DNA of 63,999 bases, filler included. It is 5 parts of 5 records of this genome, joined end to end, with 100 filler letters (N's around TTAATTAATTAA, not from the genome) between each part and the next. Parts side by side here need not be neighbours in the genome. Positions count along the whole stretch, not along the records: positions 14,050 to 22,870 come from DRR723986_3081; positions 22,971 to 50,095 come from DRR723986_3085; 3 more parts are not named here. The stretch is one strand, 5' to 3'. Under the pieces are notes generated by a model that saw nothing but the letters and a program-made list of their open reading frames with translations, did no database searches and was not told where the DNA came from. The stretch's first letter is position 1. Each line of letters opens with the position of its first letter. The translations under genes were made by a program, and so were the position numbers. Below are positions 19,410 through 28,014 of the stretch, one piece after another.

Positions 19410-20231
19410 GTGCTGCAATCTTATGAAACCCTTCGACAGGAAAACATCGAGACGCTTCGGGCGCAGATAAGGTCCGGCAGCTATCGCTCGCACACGGCGG
19501 GGCTCGGCAAAAACCTGCTTCAGGCAAACCTGGCGATCATTCCGGAAGCCTATGCGCTGGATTTCATGCGCTTCTGCCAGCGCAATCCGAAACCCTGTCC
19601 GCTGATCGGTGCTTCGGATACGGGAAATCCCCTCCTGTTCACCCTGGGACACTGCCTGGATATTCGTACCGACGTCCCCGCCTACAACATCTATCGCGAT
19701 GGCCGGCTGGAAGGCTCGGTGACGGACATAAGCGCCTTGTGGTCAGACGATCTCGTTGCCTTTGCGCTCGGCTGTTCCTTCACCTTCGAACATGCGCTGA
19801 TCGAGGCGGGGATCGACCTCTGGCACATTTCAAACAATGTCACCGTGCCGATGTACCGCTCGAACATGGAAACGACACCGGCCGGGCCCTTCCGCGGTGC
19901 GATGGTGGTTTCCATGCGGATGATCCCGGATGAGCGGGTGCGGGACGCGGTTGCCATTTCGGCCCGCTTTCCGCTGGCGCACGGATCACCGGTCCATATC
20001 GGCGATCCGGCGGCCATCGGCATTTCCGATCTCGGCAATCCGGACTGGGGCGATGCGGTGCCGGTGGAGGCCGGTTTCACGCCCGTCTTCTGGGCTTGCG
20101 GAGTGACACCGCAAGCCATCATCCAGAACGCTGCCCTGCCGTTGCTGATTACCCATAAACCGGGACACATGCTGATCACGGACATCCCGGATGACGCTGA
20201 AATTCCAATCATAACAAAAAAGACGCTGTAA
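19410..20231 (+). CDS. DUF1445/UPF0317 putative hydro-lyase (D-glutamate cyclase family)
   Basis: QANL, FCQRNPKPCPL, DIRTDVP, GCSFTFE, VSMR, FWACGVTPQ, THKPGHM. Confidence 0.92.
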   Translation: MLQSYETLRQENIETLRAQIRSGSYRSHTAGLGKNLLQANLAIIPEAYALDFMRFCQRNPKPCPLIGASDTGNPLLFTLGHCLDIRTDVPAYNIYRDGRLEGSVTDISALWSDDLVAFALGCSFTFEHALIEAGIDLWHISNNVTVPMYRSNMETTPAGPFRGAMVVSMRMIPDERVRDAVAISARFPLAHGSPVHIGDPAAIGISDLGNPDWGDAVPVEAGFTPVFWACGVTPQAIIQNAALPLLITHKPGHMLITDIPDDAEIPIITKKTL

Positions 20232-20256
20232 GCTCGAACCTTCACGGAGTGGACAC

Positions 20257-21294
20257 ATGAAAAAGATTCTGACTTTCCTCATGGCCGGTGCCGCCATGTC
20301 CTCGGCCGCCGCCGCGGAAGATCTGTCTGTCGTCGGCAGCTGGTCCAGCCTGCCTCTGCACCAGGACTACGAGGCGCCGTTCTGGCAGACCGCCTTGCCT
20401 GAGGCATCCGGCGGCACCATCAACACAACCGTCACCACTCACAACCAGATGAATCTCGGCGTTGGCGAAGTGTTCCGCCTGCTTGGCCAGGGTGTTTTCG
20501 ACGTCGGCATGACGGTGGGCGATTATGCAGTTGCCGATGCACCGGAACTGGAAGGCCTCGATGTGCCGCTGGTGGCCATGTCTGCCGACAAGGCTCATGC
20601 CGCGGTCGATGCTGCCCGGCCGATGGTCGAGGAGATCTTCGAAAAACGCTTCAATTCCAAGGTGCTCGCCATTGCGCCCTATCCACCGCAGGTGGTGTTC
20701 TGCAACGCCGAAGTCGGTTCGCTGGACGACCTGAAGGGCAAGAAGATCCGCGCTTCCGGCCGCATGACGGCCAAGTTCCTGGAAGCGCTGGGTGCTGAAG
20801 GCATTACGGTTGCCTTTTCAGAGGTGCCGGGCGCGCTGCAGAAGGGCGTGGTTGATTGTGCCGTGACCGGGGCAGGTTCGGGCTACAGCGCCGGGTGGTG
20901 GGAAGTCAGCACGCATCTTCTGCCGATCCCGCTTGGTGGCTGGGACCCGGTGGTAACGGCGATCAATCTCGACAAGTGGAACGCTTTGTCCGGCGAGACC
21001 CGGGCTTTGATCGAAAACGAAATTGCCGAGAAGTTCGAAGCCCCCGCATGGGCGTCGGCGGAAGGTGCGCTGACCAACGACATCGCCTGCCTGACCGGCA
21101 AGGGGGAATGCGCCGCGGGCGACGTGCGGGACATGGTTCTGGTCGAAGCCAGCGACGGTGACATCGAGCGGGCACGCCAGATCCTGGAAACGGATGTTCT
21201 GCCGGAATGGGCAGAGCGGGCCGGCGGTGACTGGGCCGCGCGCTGGAACGACAGCGTCGGCACCGTCGTCGGTGTGCAGATCAAGACCAACTAA
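20257..21294 (+). CDS. dctP: TRAP transporter substrate-binding protein
   Basis: Signal peptide; DLKGKKIR, EVPGALQKGVVD; followed by small and large TRAP permeases. Confidence 0.9.
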   Translation: MKKILTFLMAGAAMSSAAAAEDLSVVGSWSSLPLHQDYEAPFWQTALPEASGGTINTTVTTHNQMNLGVGEVFRLLGQGVFDVGMTVGDYAVADAPELEGLDVPLVAMSADKAHAAVDAARPMVEEIFEKRFNSKVLAIAPYPPQVVFCNAEVGSLDDLKGKKIRASGRMTAKFLEALGAEGITVAFSEVPGALQKGVVDCAVTGAGSGYSAGWWEVSTHLLPIPLGGWDPVVTAINLDKWNALSGETRALIENEIAEKFEAPAWASAEGALTNDIACLTGKGECAAGDVRDMVLVEASDGDIERARQILETDVLPEWAERAGGDWAARWNDSVGTVVGVQIKTN

Positions 21295-21311
21295 GCCCGG
21301 GAGACATCGAG

Positions 21312-21860
21312 GTGGCGGAGAAACTCCTGTCAATCCTGTCGAGGATAAACCGGGCGATAGCGATTTCGGTCGGCGTTCTGTTCCTCACCTGTGCAGGTCT
21401 TGTTCTGATTGATATCTGTCTCCGCCGTGTCGGTGCCTCCTTCGGCGGCACCGACGAAATCTCCGGCTACGTGATGGCCATCGGAACGGCCTGGGGCATG
21501 GCTTTCGGATTGAGCGAACTTTCGCATATCCGGATCGATTTCCTGCGCCGTTCGGTTGGACTGCCAAAATGGCGGGCGGTGCTGGATCTTCTGTCGATCT
21601 TTGCCCTGTCCTCGACCGTCTCCATCGTCGCGCTGAAGTGCTGGCCGGTGGTGGAGACGACACTGCGCAATTCCTCAAGGGCGAACACACCCCTGGAAAC
21701 TCCGCTCGCGCTGGTGCAATTGCCCTGGTTTGCCGGGTGGGTGTGGTTCGCGGTCACCGCATGGCTGACCTTTGTCGCCGGTGTGCTGCTGGTCCTGCGC
21801 GGTGAATTTGCAAAATCCGAGCAGGCGATCGGTGCCTTTCCGGAAGGGGAGACGGCCTGA
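21312..21860 (+). CDS. dctQ: TRAP transporter small permease
   Basis: Four TM; DEISGY...HIRID. Confidence 0.9.
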   Translation: MAEKLLSILSRINRAIAISVGVLFLTCAGLVLIDICLRRVGASFGGTDEISGYVMAIGTAWGMAFGLSELSHIRIDFLRRSVGLPKWRAVLDLLSIFALSSTVSIVALKCWPVVETTLRNSSRANTPLETPLALVQLPWFAGWVWFAVTAWLTFVAGVLLVLRGEFAKSEQAIGAFPEGETA

Positions 21861-22870
21861 TGCTTTCCTTCGTTTCCGTAGGCCTTCTTGGGCTCCTCAG
21901 CCTTTCCATTCCCGTCGGCATCGTGCTGTTCCTGCTGGGGTTCGGCATCGACCAGTTCTTTAGCGCCTTTCCGTTGACACGCGGTCTCGGGTCAATGGTC
22001 TGGTCGACGTCGGAAAATGCGGCGCTGATCGCCATTCCGTTCTTTGTGCTGTTGGGCGAGATCCTGGTGCGCACCGGCATTGCCGCACGCACCTACTCGG
22101 CGCTCGACCGCTGGGTCTCCTGGCTGCCAGGCGGGCTGGTGCATGCCAATGTGGCAACCGCCACCATGTTCTCGGCCACATCCGGATCTTCGGTAGCGAC
22201 CGCTGCCACGGTGGCGACGGTGGCCATGCCGCAGGCCGACCGGCTGGGCTATGACCAGAAGCTCTTTTCCGGTGCGATCGCCGCCGGGGGTACGCTCGGC
22301 ATCATGATCCCGCCGTCGATCAACCTGATCGTCTACGGTTTTCTGACACAGACCTCGATCCCGCAGCTTTTTCTGGCAGGGCTTCTGCCCGGCATCCTGC
22401 TGGCGATGGCCTTTCTGGCGGTCACAGCGCTTGTTTGCCTGGTCAATCCGAAGCTCGGCGGGGCACGGCGGACGTTCCCCTTGCGGGAAATGGCACTCGG
22501 GCTCGCGGATCTGCTGCCGATCATTCTTCTGTTCAGTGCCATCATCGGCTCGATCTACAAGGGCTGGGCGACACCAACCGAAGCAGCCTCTGTCGGGGTT
22601 GCCGGAGCGCTGGCGATTGCCGCGCTTTTCGGTGGGCTCAACACACGCATGATCGGCGAAGCGCTGATCGGTACCGTGCGGGTCACGGCGATGATCATGC
22701 TGGTGGTTATCGGGGCGTCGTTTCTCAATTTCACGCTTTCGGCCGCCGGCCTGTCGCAGGAATTGCGCGGCTTTCTGGAGGGACTCGGCTTCGGTCCCCT
22801 GCAGACGCTGCTGGTGATCGTCGCGATGTATATCGTGCTCGGTTTCTTCATCGAGACCCTGTCGCTGATG
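21860..22870 (+). CDS. dctM: TRAP transporter large permease, 3' truncated
   Basis: AIPFFVL, SGSSVATAA, GGTLGIMIPPS, TPTEAA. Confidence 0.93.
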
Positions 22871-22970
22871 NNNNNNNNNNNNNNNNNNNNNNNNNNNNNN
22901 NNNNNNNNNNNNNNTTAATTAATTAANNNNNNNNNNNNNNNNNNNNNNNNNNNNNNNNNNNNNNNNNNNN
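22871..22970. other. Artificial contig linker
   Basis: N run with TTAATTAATTAA. Confidence 0.99.
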
Positions 22971-22978
22971 TCTAGTTT

Positions 22979-23045
22979 GTAGTACCGGCTTTAGCCGGAA
23001 GTGAGCGCAAACGAGAGTAGGGAATCCGGCTAAAGCCGGTACTAC
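22979..23045. repeat. GTAG-type REP inverted doublet, class A
   Basis: GTAGTACCGGCTTTAGCCGGA (22979-22999) and its exact reverse complement (23025-23045). Confidence 0.85.
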
Positions 23046-23246
23046 GAACGGTTATTCCTATCGGCTTACACGGAAGGCTCGTTTCTGCTCGGCGTCCCCA
23101 GCAACTCCGCGATCAATACGCTTCAATAGCTGGCAGAAGCACTGTGCGAGTGACGGGCCTGATACACTGCTCGAAGCATCGTGTTACTGGTTACACTTGA
23201 TCATCGCTTTGACTACTACAGCAACATTAACTTTGGGGCCTTGCCC

Positions 23247-23612
23247 ATGCTGACAGACTTAAGTCGAATCCGACCGTTTCTTGGGGCTAGGGACTTTGAA
23301 CGGTCGCGGAGTTTCTACCGTGAGTTGGGATTCCGGGAATCGGTTATTTCGGAGCAGATGTGTGTTTTCAACACCGATTCGGTTTGGTTCTACTTGCAGG
23401 ACTACTATGTGAAAGATTGGGTCGACAATACGATGATCTTCCTTGAGGTAGCTGACGTTGATGTTCTTCATTCGTCAGTCATCGATTCTGGCATTGTGGA
23501 CCGGTACGACGGTGTGAAAGTCACCGACATCAAGGATAACGATTGGGGACGAGAGTTTTTCCTGCACGATCCGTCCGGTAACTTATGGCATATTGGCCGG
23601 TTTGCTGATTAG
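23247..23612 (+). CDS. VOC/glyoxalase family protein
   Basis: IRPFLGARDFERSRSFY.ELGF, FYLQDYY, WGREFFLHDPSG. Confidence 0.88.
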   Translation: MLTDLSRIRPFLGARDFERSRSFYRELGFRESVISEQMCVFNTDSVWFYLQDYYVKDWVDNTMIFLEVADVDVLHSSVIDSGIVDRYDGVKVTDIKDNDWGREFFLHDPSGNLWHIGRFAD

Positions 23613-23616
23613 ACAG

Positions 23617-23639
23617 TGCAGGCTGGCAGCCTGCACTAC
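23617..23639 (-). repeat. GTAG-type REP, class B, single copy
   Basis: Reverse complement of GTAGTGCAGGCTGCCAGCCTGCA, identical to the copies at 24122 and 24252. Confidence 0.85.
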
Positions 23640-23668
23640 GTAGAAAGCAACTACAGAGTCAAAAGAAC

Positions 23669-24080
23669 ATGTCGGTGCATGATAACATTCTTAATGTCCT
23701 ACATCGTTGACGGCGAAGCAGGGCGAATCACCCTGTGCACGAAGTATCCGCACGACGATCCGCCAACGAGAACGGATGTGGTGTTCACGGGCGTCGTTGT
23801 TGATCATTACTTCCGGCATGTCGTTCTTCCGTCAATTATTTTTGACATTGAACCCGTTCCGGTGCGGACGATGATAGAGCGGAACAAGCAGATCATTGAT
23901 AGCGGCCATCGGCTCAGCGGCTGGCCATCGTTCTGGCGTGAGACGGTTGACGCTATGGTCGATGAGTTGTCGCGCAACAATACAAAGATGTTTGAAATCT
24001 CGTCGTCATTTGGACTCGATGGCTGGGTGGCAGCAGGAGATTGTGAATTGGTTGAATCTGCGATTGGCCTGTGCGATTGA
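23669..24080 (+). pseudogene. Hypothetical protein with apparent +1 frameshift near 23690
   Basis: ATG 23669 reads MSVHDNIL then stops at 23710; the long frame resumes MSYIVDGE at 23694. Confidence 0.5.
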
Positions 24081-24121
24081 GCCCCCTTATTGCGATGCTC
24101 AATGAATCTACGTTGCCCATC

Positions 24122-24274
24122 GTAGTGCAGGCTGCCAGCCTGCAAAGATAAGGAGAGTCCAGCACGGAAGTTATGTGAGTAGAGCTCACAAAGACACTGG
24201 AGCAAATTCAGCAAAGATAGGTCGGAGAGCTGAGATTGCGCCGCGGTTTGATGCAGGCTGGCAGCCTGCACTAC
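24122..24274. repeat. GTAG-type REP inverted doublet, class B
   Basis: GTAGTGCAGGCTGCCAGCCTGCA at 24122-24144 and its reverse complement at 24252-24274. Confidence 0.85.
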
Positions 24275-24346
24275 GGCACAAGGGTGGGGCCAGGAGAATG
24301 GCCGAAGTCGTTTTCGTCAACGATATGCTTGAGAAAACGAAAAAGG

Positions 24347-24420
24347 GGTGGATAACGGGGCTCGAACCCGTGACCACTGGAACCACAATCCAGTGCTCTA
24401 CCAACTGAGCTATATCCACC
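24347..24420 (-). tRNA. tRNA-His(GTG)
   Basis: G-1 + GTGGATA/TATCCAC acceptor stem, CTGGA-TTGTGGT-TCCAG anticodon arm, GGTTCGA T-loop; CCA not encoded. Confidence 0.97.
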
Positions 24421-24432
24421 GTGAGAGGAAAG

Positions 24433-24461
24433 ATTTTACGCGCCGCAAAGCTGCTCGTCAA
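24433..24461 (-). promoter_or_regulatory. Sigma70-type promoter of tRNA-His
   Basis: TTGACG-17 nt-TAAAAT on minus strand just upstream of the tRNA. Confidence 0.75.
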
Positions 24462-24627
24462 TGATCCACTTTTGCATCTTCGGCAGGGCCGAATCCAAGC
24501 ACAAAAAGGCCTCGTAGTTGTGACGATTGGGCTGACTTTCGCAGCTCGGCGGGTCGCCCCCGAAATGGGGACTTCACCCAGAAACCGGCCCGATAGGACG
24601 CGTGGCCGCAGGAGCCAGCAATCAAGT

Positions 24628-25617
24628 CTAATGCCCCTCCGACGCTGAAGTTGTGGTGACGGATTTGCTGCGAATTCGCATATTAAACGCCTCCACGAAC
24701 AACGAGAACGCCATCGCAAAATAGATATAGCCTTTCGCGATGGGCGTACCAATTCCCTCGGCAACCAACATGACACCAATCAGCAACAAGAAGCTCAGGG
24801 CAAGCATCTTGATTGTTGGATTATTCTGGACAAATTCGCCCACTTGGTTCGCGAACGCAATCATCACTCCGATGGCGATAATGACGGCGGTAATCATCAC
24901 CCAGAGTTCTTCCGCCATCCCGACCGCGGTAATGACACTGTCGAGAGAGAAGATGATGTCCATGATGGCAATTTGGATGAGAATCATTGTAAAGCTGGAA
25001 CCACGCCGCTTCTCGGCTGCCTTCTCCTCGTCGCCAGGCGAGTGTTCTACTTCTTCATGGATCTCAGAAACGCTGTTATAGATTAGGAATAGACCGCCAG
25101 CGATCAGAATCAGGTCTCTCCAGGATATCTCGATAAACTCCTCCCAGGCCTCCTCGTCAAGAACCTCTCGAGTCTCCGCCTCGCCTTCGTCGTGGTCTTC
25201 GCCTTCGCCTTGTTCCAATTCGGTCTCACCGATCCCCGATTCATCGAGTGCATCTTGCGCGTCATCGCTCGTAAGCCCTTGCCCACTGTCATGCTCCGCG
25301 GCGTGACCATTCTCCTGCCCGATACCATTTTCTTGACCAAGAACTGGCACTTCAACTTGGAAATAGCTTTTCAGTGAGTCGACTGGCAGGTAATCGCTGA
25401 GTGTTACCAGCGGCGTTGTCAGTTGCATGATCCAGAAGACGCAAGAGAGCAACAGAATTCGCGTGCCCAGGGCAAGCAACAGTCCTAGGCGGCGTCCCGC
25501 GCTTTGTTGTTCTGCAGGAAGTCTGCTGGTTAAGATCGATATGAAAACGATGTTGTCGATGCCCAGCACAATTTCCATTAGGCATAGAGCAACTAGCGCG
25601 ATGATTGGTTCGATCAT
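24628..25617 (-). CDS. TerC family membrane protein with acidic insertion
   Basis: MEIVLGIDNIVFI, RDLILIAGGLFL, DIIFSLDSVITAVG, KGYIYFAMAFS. Confidence 0.92.
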   Translation of the reverse strand: MIEPIIALVALCLMEIVLGIDNIVFISILTSRLPAEQQSAGRRLGLLLALGTRILLLSCVFWIMQLTTPLVTLSDYLPVDSLKSYFQVEVPVLGQENGIGQENGHAAEHDSGQGLTSDDAQDALDESGIGETELEQGEGEDHDEGEAETREVLDEEAWEEFIEISWRDLILIAGGLFLIYNSVSEIHEEVEHSPGDEEKAAEKRRGSSFTMILIQIAIMDIIFSLDSVITAVGMAEELWVMITAVIIAIGVMIAFANQVGEFVQNNPTIKMLALSFLLLIGVMLVAEGIGTPIAKGYIYFAMAFSLFVEAFNMRIRSKSVTTTSASEGH

Positions 25618-25712
25618 GTGGACTTCGCCAACGCAAAGGGGATGTCGGGTGGGGCAGTCGGTCAAACGGGCTACGTTCTAGTTTAGCGACGACTGTTTCG
25701 CTATGTCAGTTG

Positions 25713-26858
25713 CTAGGACTGTCCAAAGATCATCGGAACCACGTTTTTGACAAGCCATGGCTCCACAATGCTGGCCGTTGCCAGGGCGATTAGGCACGCG
25801 TAGGTGACGGGACGCAGCCACCGATCGCCGAGTCGGCTGCCAAGCCTGAGGCCCAAAGCAGCGAAGATGAGTACTGCCGGGATGGCAAGCAGCGCCGTTT
25901 GAACCGCGTATAGGACTTCGATGCCGAACCGACTGTAAAGCAATCCGACTTGTGGTGGAAAGTTTGAAATGTACATTGCAAATAGAAACGCCCGAGCTCG
26001 ATTTGCGGAGAAGCTTTGTGCGTGAACCCAAAGCACCATCGGCGGACCACTCATTCCGGACAGCCCCTGCAGAACACCGCTGCCACCAAAAGTTATGACG
26101 AGCCAGTGTGGCCGACGCGCCCCCTTCCACTCAACGCCGACCAACGATTGGAGAGCGATGGCAATCAATATGATCACGCCGACTAGTTGATTCACCGATT
26201 CGCTTGACCAAGTCATCACGCTGCTCAGGCCAGCAATGCCGATCGGCAGCGCCGCGATTCGGATCGAAGCTGGCCAAACGATTTCGCGCCAGTCCAAGTG
26301 TTCGCGTAGCTTCCAGACTGCGAATATATTCTGTGGGAGCATGGCGGTGATGATCAGCACTTGAGCCTGCATGAGATCGTTGCCTGCCCAAAGCAGCAGC
26401 GGCAAGCCGAACAGGGCTGCTGCGAACCCGACAGTAGCTTGAACCAGAGCGGCAGCGGCGAGAATCACGATGGACCAAACAAGTTGACGAGCCGGAATTT
26501 CAGCATTGCTTGATCCAGCCGCACCACTTGGCTGGGCTGCACTGCCACTGCGTGAATTCGTCGGTCCTGAAGCGTTTGGGGACAGGACGTCATCATCAGT
26601 TGCGTCGTCGCGCTGAGATAGCCTTGGGGAAGCTGTGGCTTGGTCCGCCATTGTACTGGCTGCCACTGCGGTCAAGCTCACTGGCGAGGACGGCGCGGGG
26701 GCTGCAGCCAGAGAGGCGGTCGCGGCAACACACGCGGATGCACCAAACAGCAGAGGCAACCAAGCGGCTAGACGCGTCGAAGTGCCGTTTGACGCAGTGC
26801 CAGGATTGGACCGTCGGTCATTTCGCGTCAATGGAGAACCAGACAGTTGGTTTGGCAT
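25713..26858 (-). CDS. TSUP (TauE/SafE) family permease with N-terminal extension; start uncertain
   Basis: VQATVGFAAALFGLP, QGLSGMSGPP; about 8 TM. Confidence 0.8.
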   Translation of the reverse strand: MPNQLSGSPLTRNDRRSNPGTASNGTSTRLAAWLPLLFGASACVAATASLAAAPAPSSPVSLTAVAASTMADQATASPRLSQRDDATDDDVLSPNASGPTNSRSGSAAQPSGAAGSSNAEIPARQLVWSIVILAAAALVQATVGFAAALFGLPLLLWAGNDLMQAQVLIITAMLPQNIFAVWKLREHLDWREIVWPASIRIAALPIGIAGLSSVMTWSSESVNQLVGVIILIAIALQSLVGVEWKGARRPHWLVITFGGSGVLQGLSGMSGPPMVLWVHAQSFSANRARAFLFAMYISNFPPQVGLLYSRFGIEVLYAVQTALLAIPAVLIFAALGLRLGSRLGDRWLRPVTYACLIALATASIVEPWLVKNVVPMIFGQS

Positions 26859-27675
26859 CAGCGTCAAATTTGAACACCTTCCGGGCTCGCGGATCAACGA
26901 CTACGGGAAGGTCGTCGACGAGCGTTATGCCGACCGGATTGTCCAGCGGCTCACCCTTGAACCAAACCTTGGGCTCTTCACCAGGGACGACTTTCCAAAT
27001 CGCCTTTGCGTAACCATCCGTTACAAAGGCCTCACCGGCCACGTTAACCGCCACTTGGTGAGGGAAGTCGAATGTTCGCTTTGAGACGATCGGCTTGACG
27101 GTTCCATCGGCTGAAACGATCAACAACTGCTGTGGATTCTGCGAAACTACCCAGACTTGATCCTTGGAGTCGACAGCAACACCGCGTGGATTCACGTCTG
27201 CAATATGCTCGACGTCCTTGGAACCGGCGGGGATTCGCATCAACTTTCGTAATTCCAGATCCGCTACATAAATGGTGCCGTCGCTTGTAACAGCCATATC
27301 CATCGGAGTGCCGATTTTGCCACCAGTAATTGGTTCGGGCTTGCCGCCGTCAGTGATGCGGTAAATCTCTCGGGTTGAGGTGTCTCCGACAAGCACGCTG
27401 CCGTCACTGTCGATCGCCACCGTACGAGCGGCATTCATTGGCGTACGAAATTTTGGCGAGCCGCGGAAGAGTTCCGAAACCTTGTCGTCCTTCCACTGCC
27501 ATACACCGTGCATTCGCCGGTCCGCAACATAGGCAACTCCTTCGTCGCTGACCGCAATATCAAGCGGGTAGACTTGCAATTCAGGGGAAAGCTTCACCTT
27601 ATCCTGGGTCCACGCCGTCGAGGCAAGGACGCAGACTAAAACAATCGTCGTGATGCTACGATTCATGTCGATCAC
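26818..27675 (-). CDS. Secreted NHL-repeat beta-propeller protein
   Basis: Signal peptide; repeated P.D/G[IV]AV..DG..YVAD units. Confidence 0.85.
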   Translation of the reverse strand: MIDMNRSITTIVLVCVLASTAWTQDKVKLSPELQVYPLDIAVSDEGVAYVADRRMHGVWQWKDDKVSELFRGSPKFRTPMNAARTVAIDSDGSVLVGDTSTREIYRITDGGKPEPITGGKIGTPMDMAVTSDGTIYVADLELRKLMRIPAGSKDVEHIADVNPRGVAVDSKDQVWVVSQNPQQLLIVSADGTVKPIVSKRTFDFPHQVAVNVAGEAFVTDGYAKAIWKVVPGEEPKVWFKGEPLDNPVGITLVDDLPVVVDPRARKVFKFDADAKPTVWFSIDAK

Positions 27676-28014
27676 TACCCAAAGCTACTGTTGATTGCAA
27701 ATTGAAAAGTTCCGATGGCTCGAAAAGACCTCGCATCGCTTAGACAAATCATCCGCGGAGCCGCGTCAATCTAGTGGCCAGTCTTCGGACAGTCGGCGAT
27801 CAAGGGGACTGCACACACCGGTTGCCGAGCGAACATTTTCCAAGCGTGGCATCAGTATAATATCCCGAGTTCGCCACAGATACTGCCCGGGGAGACGCAA
27901 CTCACGGCAACGCAGAGATTCAAATCTGGGCCTGTACAGTGGAGTTCACGGGCGCAGGCCAGATAGCGCACGATGGCGGCTGAGCCCTGGCTAAGACTTT
28001 GACCCGTCCGCGGT

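Noticed and set aside
22979-24274. Repeats as a CRISPR array or integron attC sites
   Set aside because: Copies are in both orientations, irregularly spaced, with genes between; no cas or integrase gene and no attC core sites recognised.
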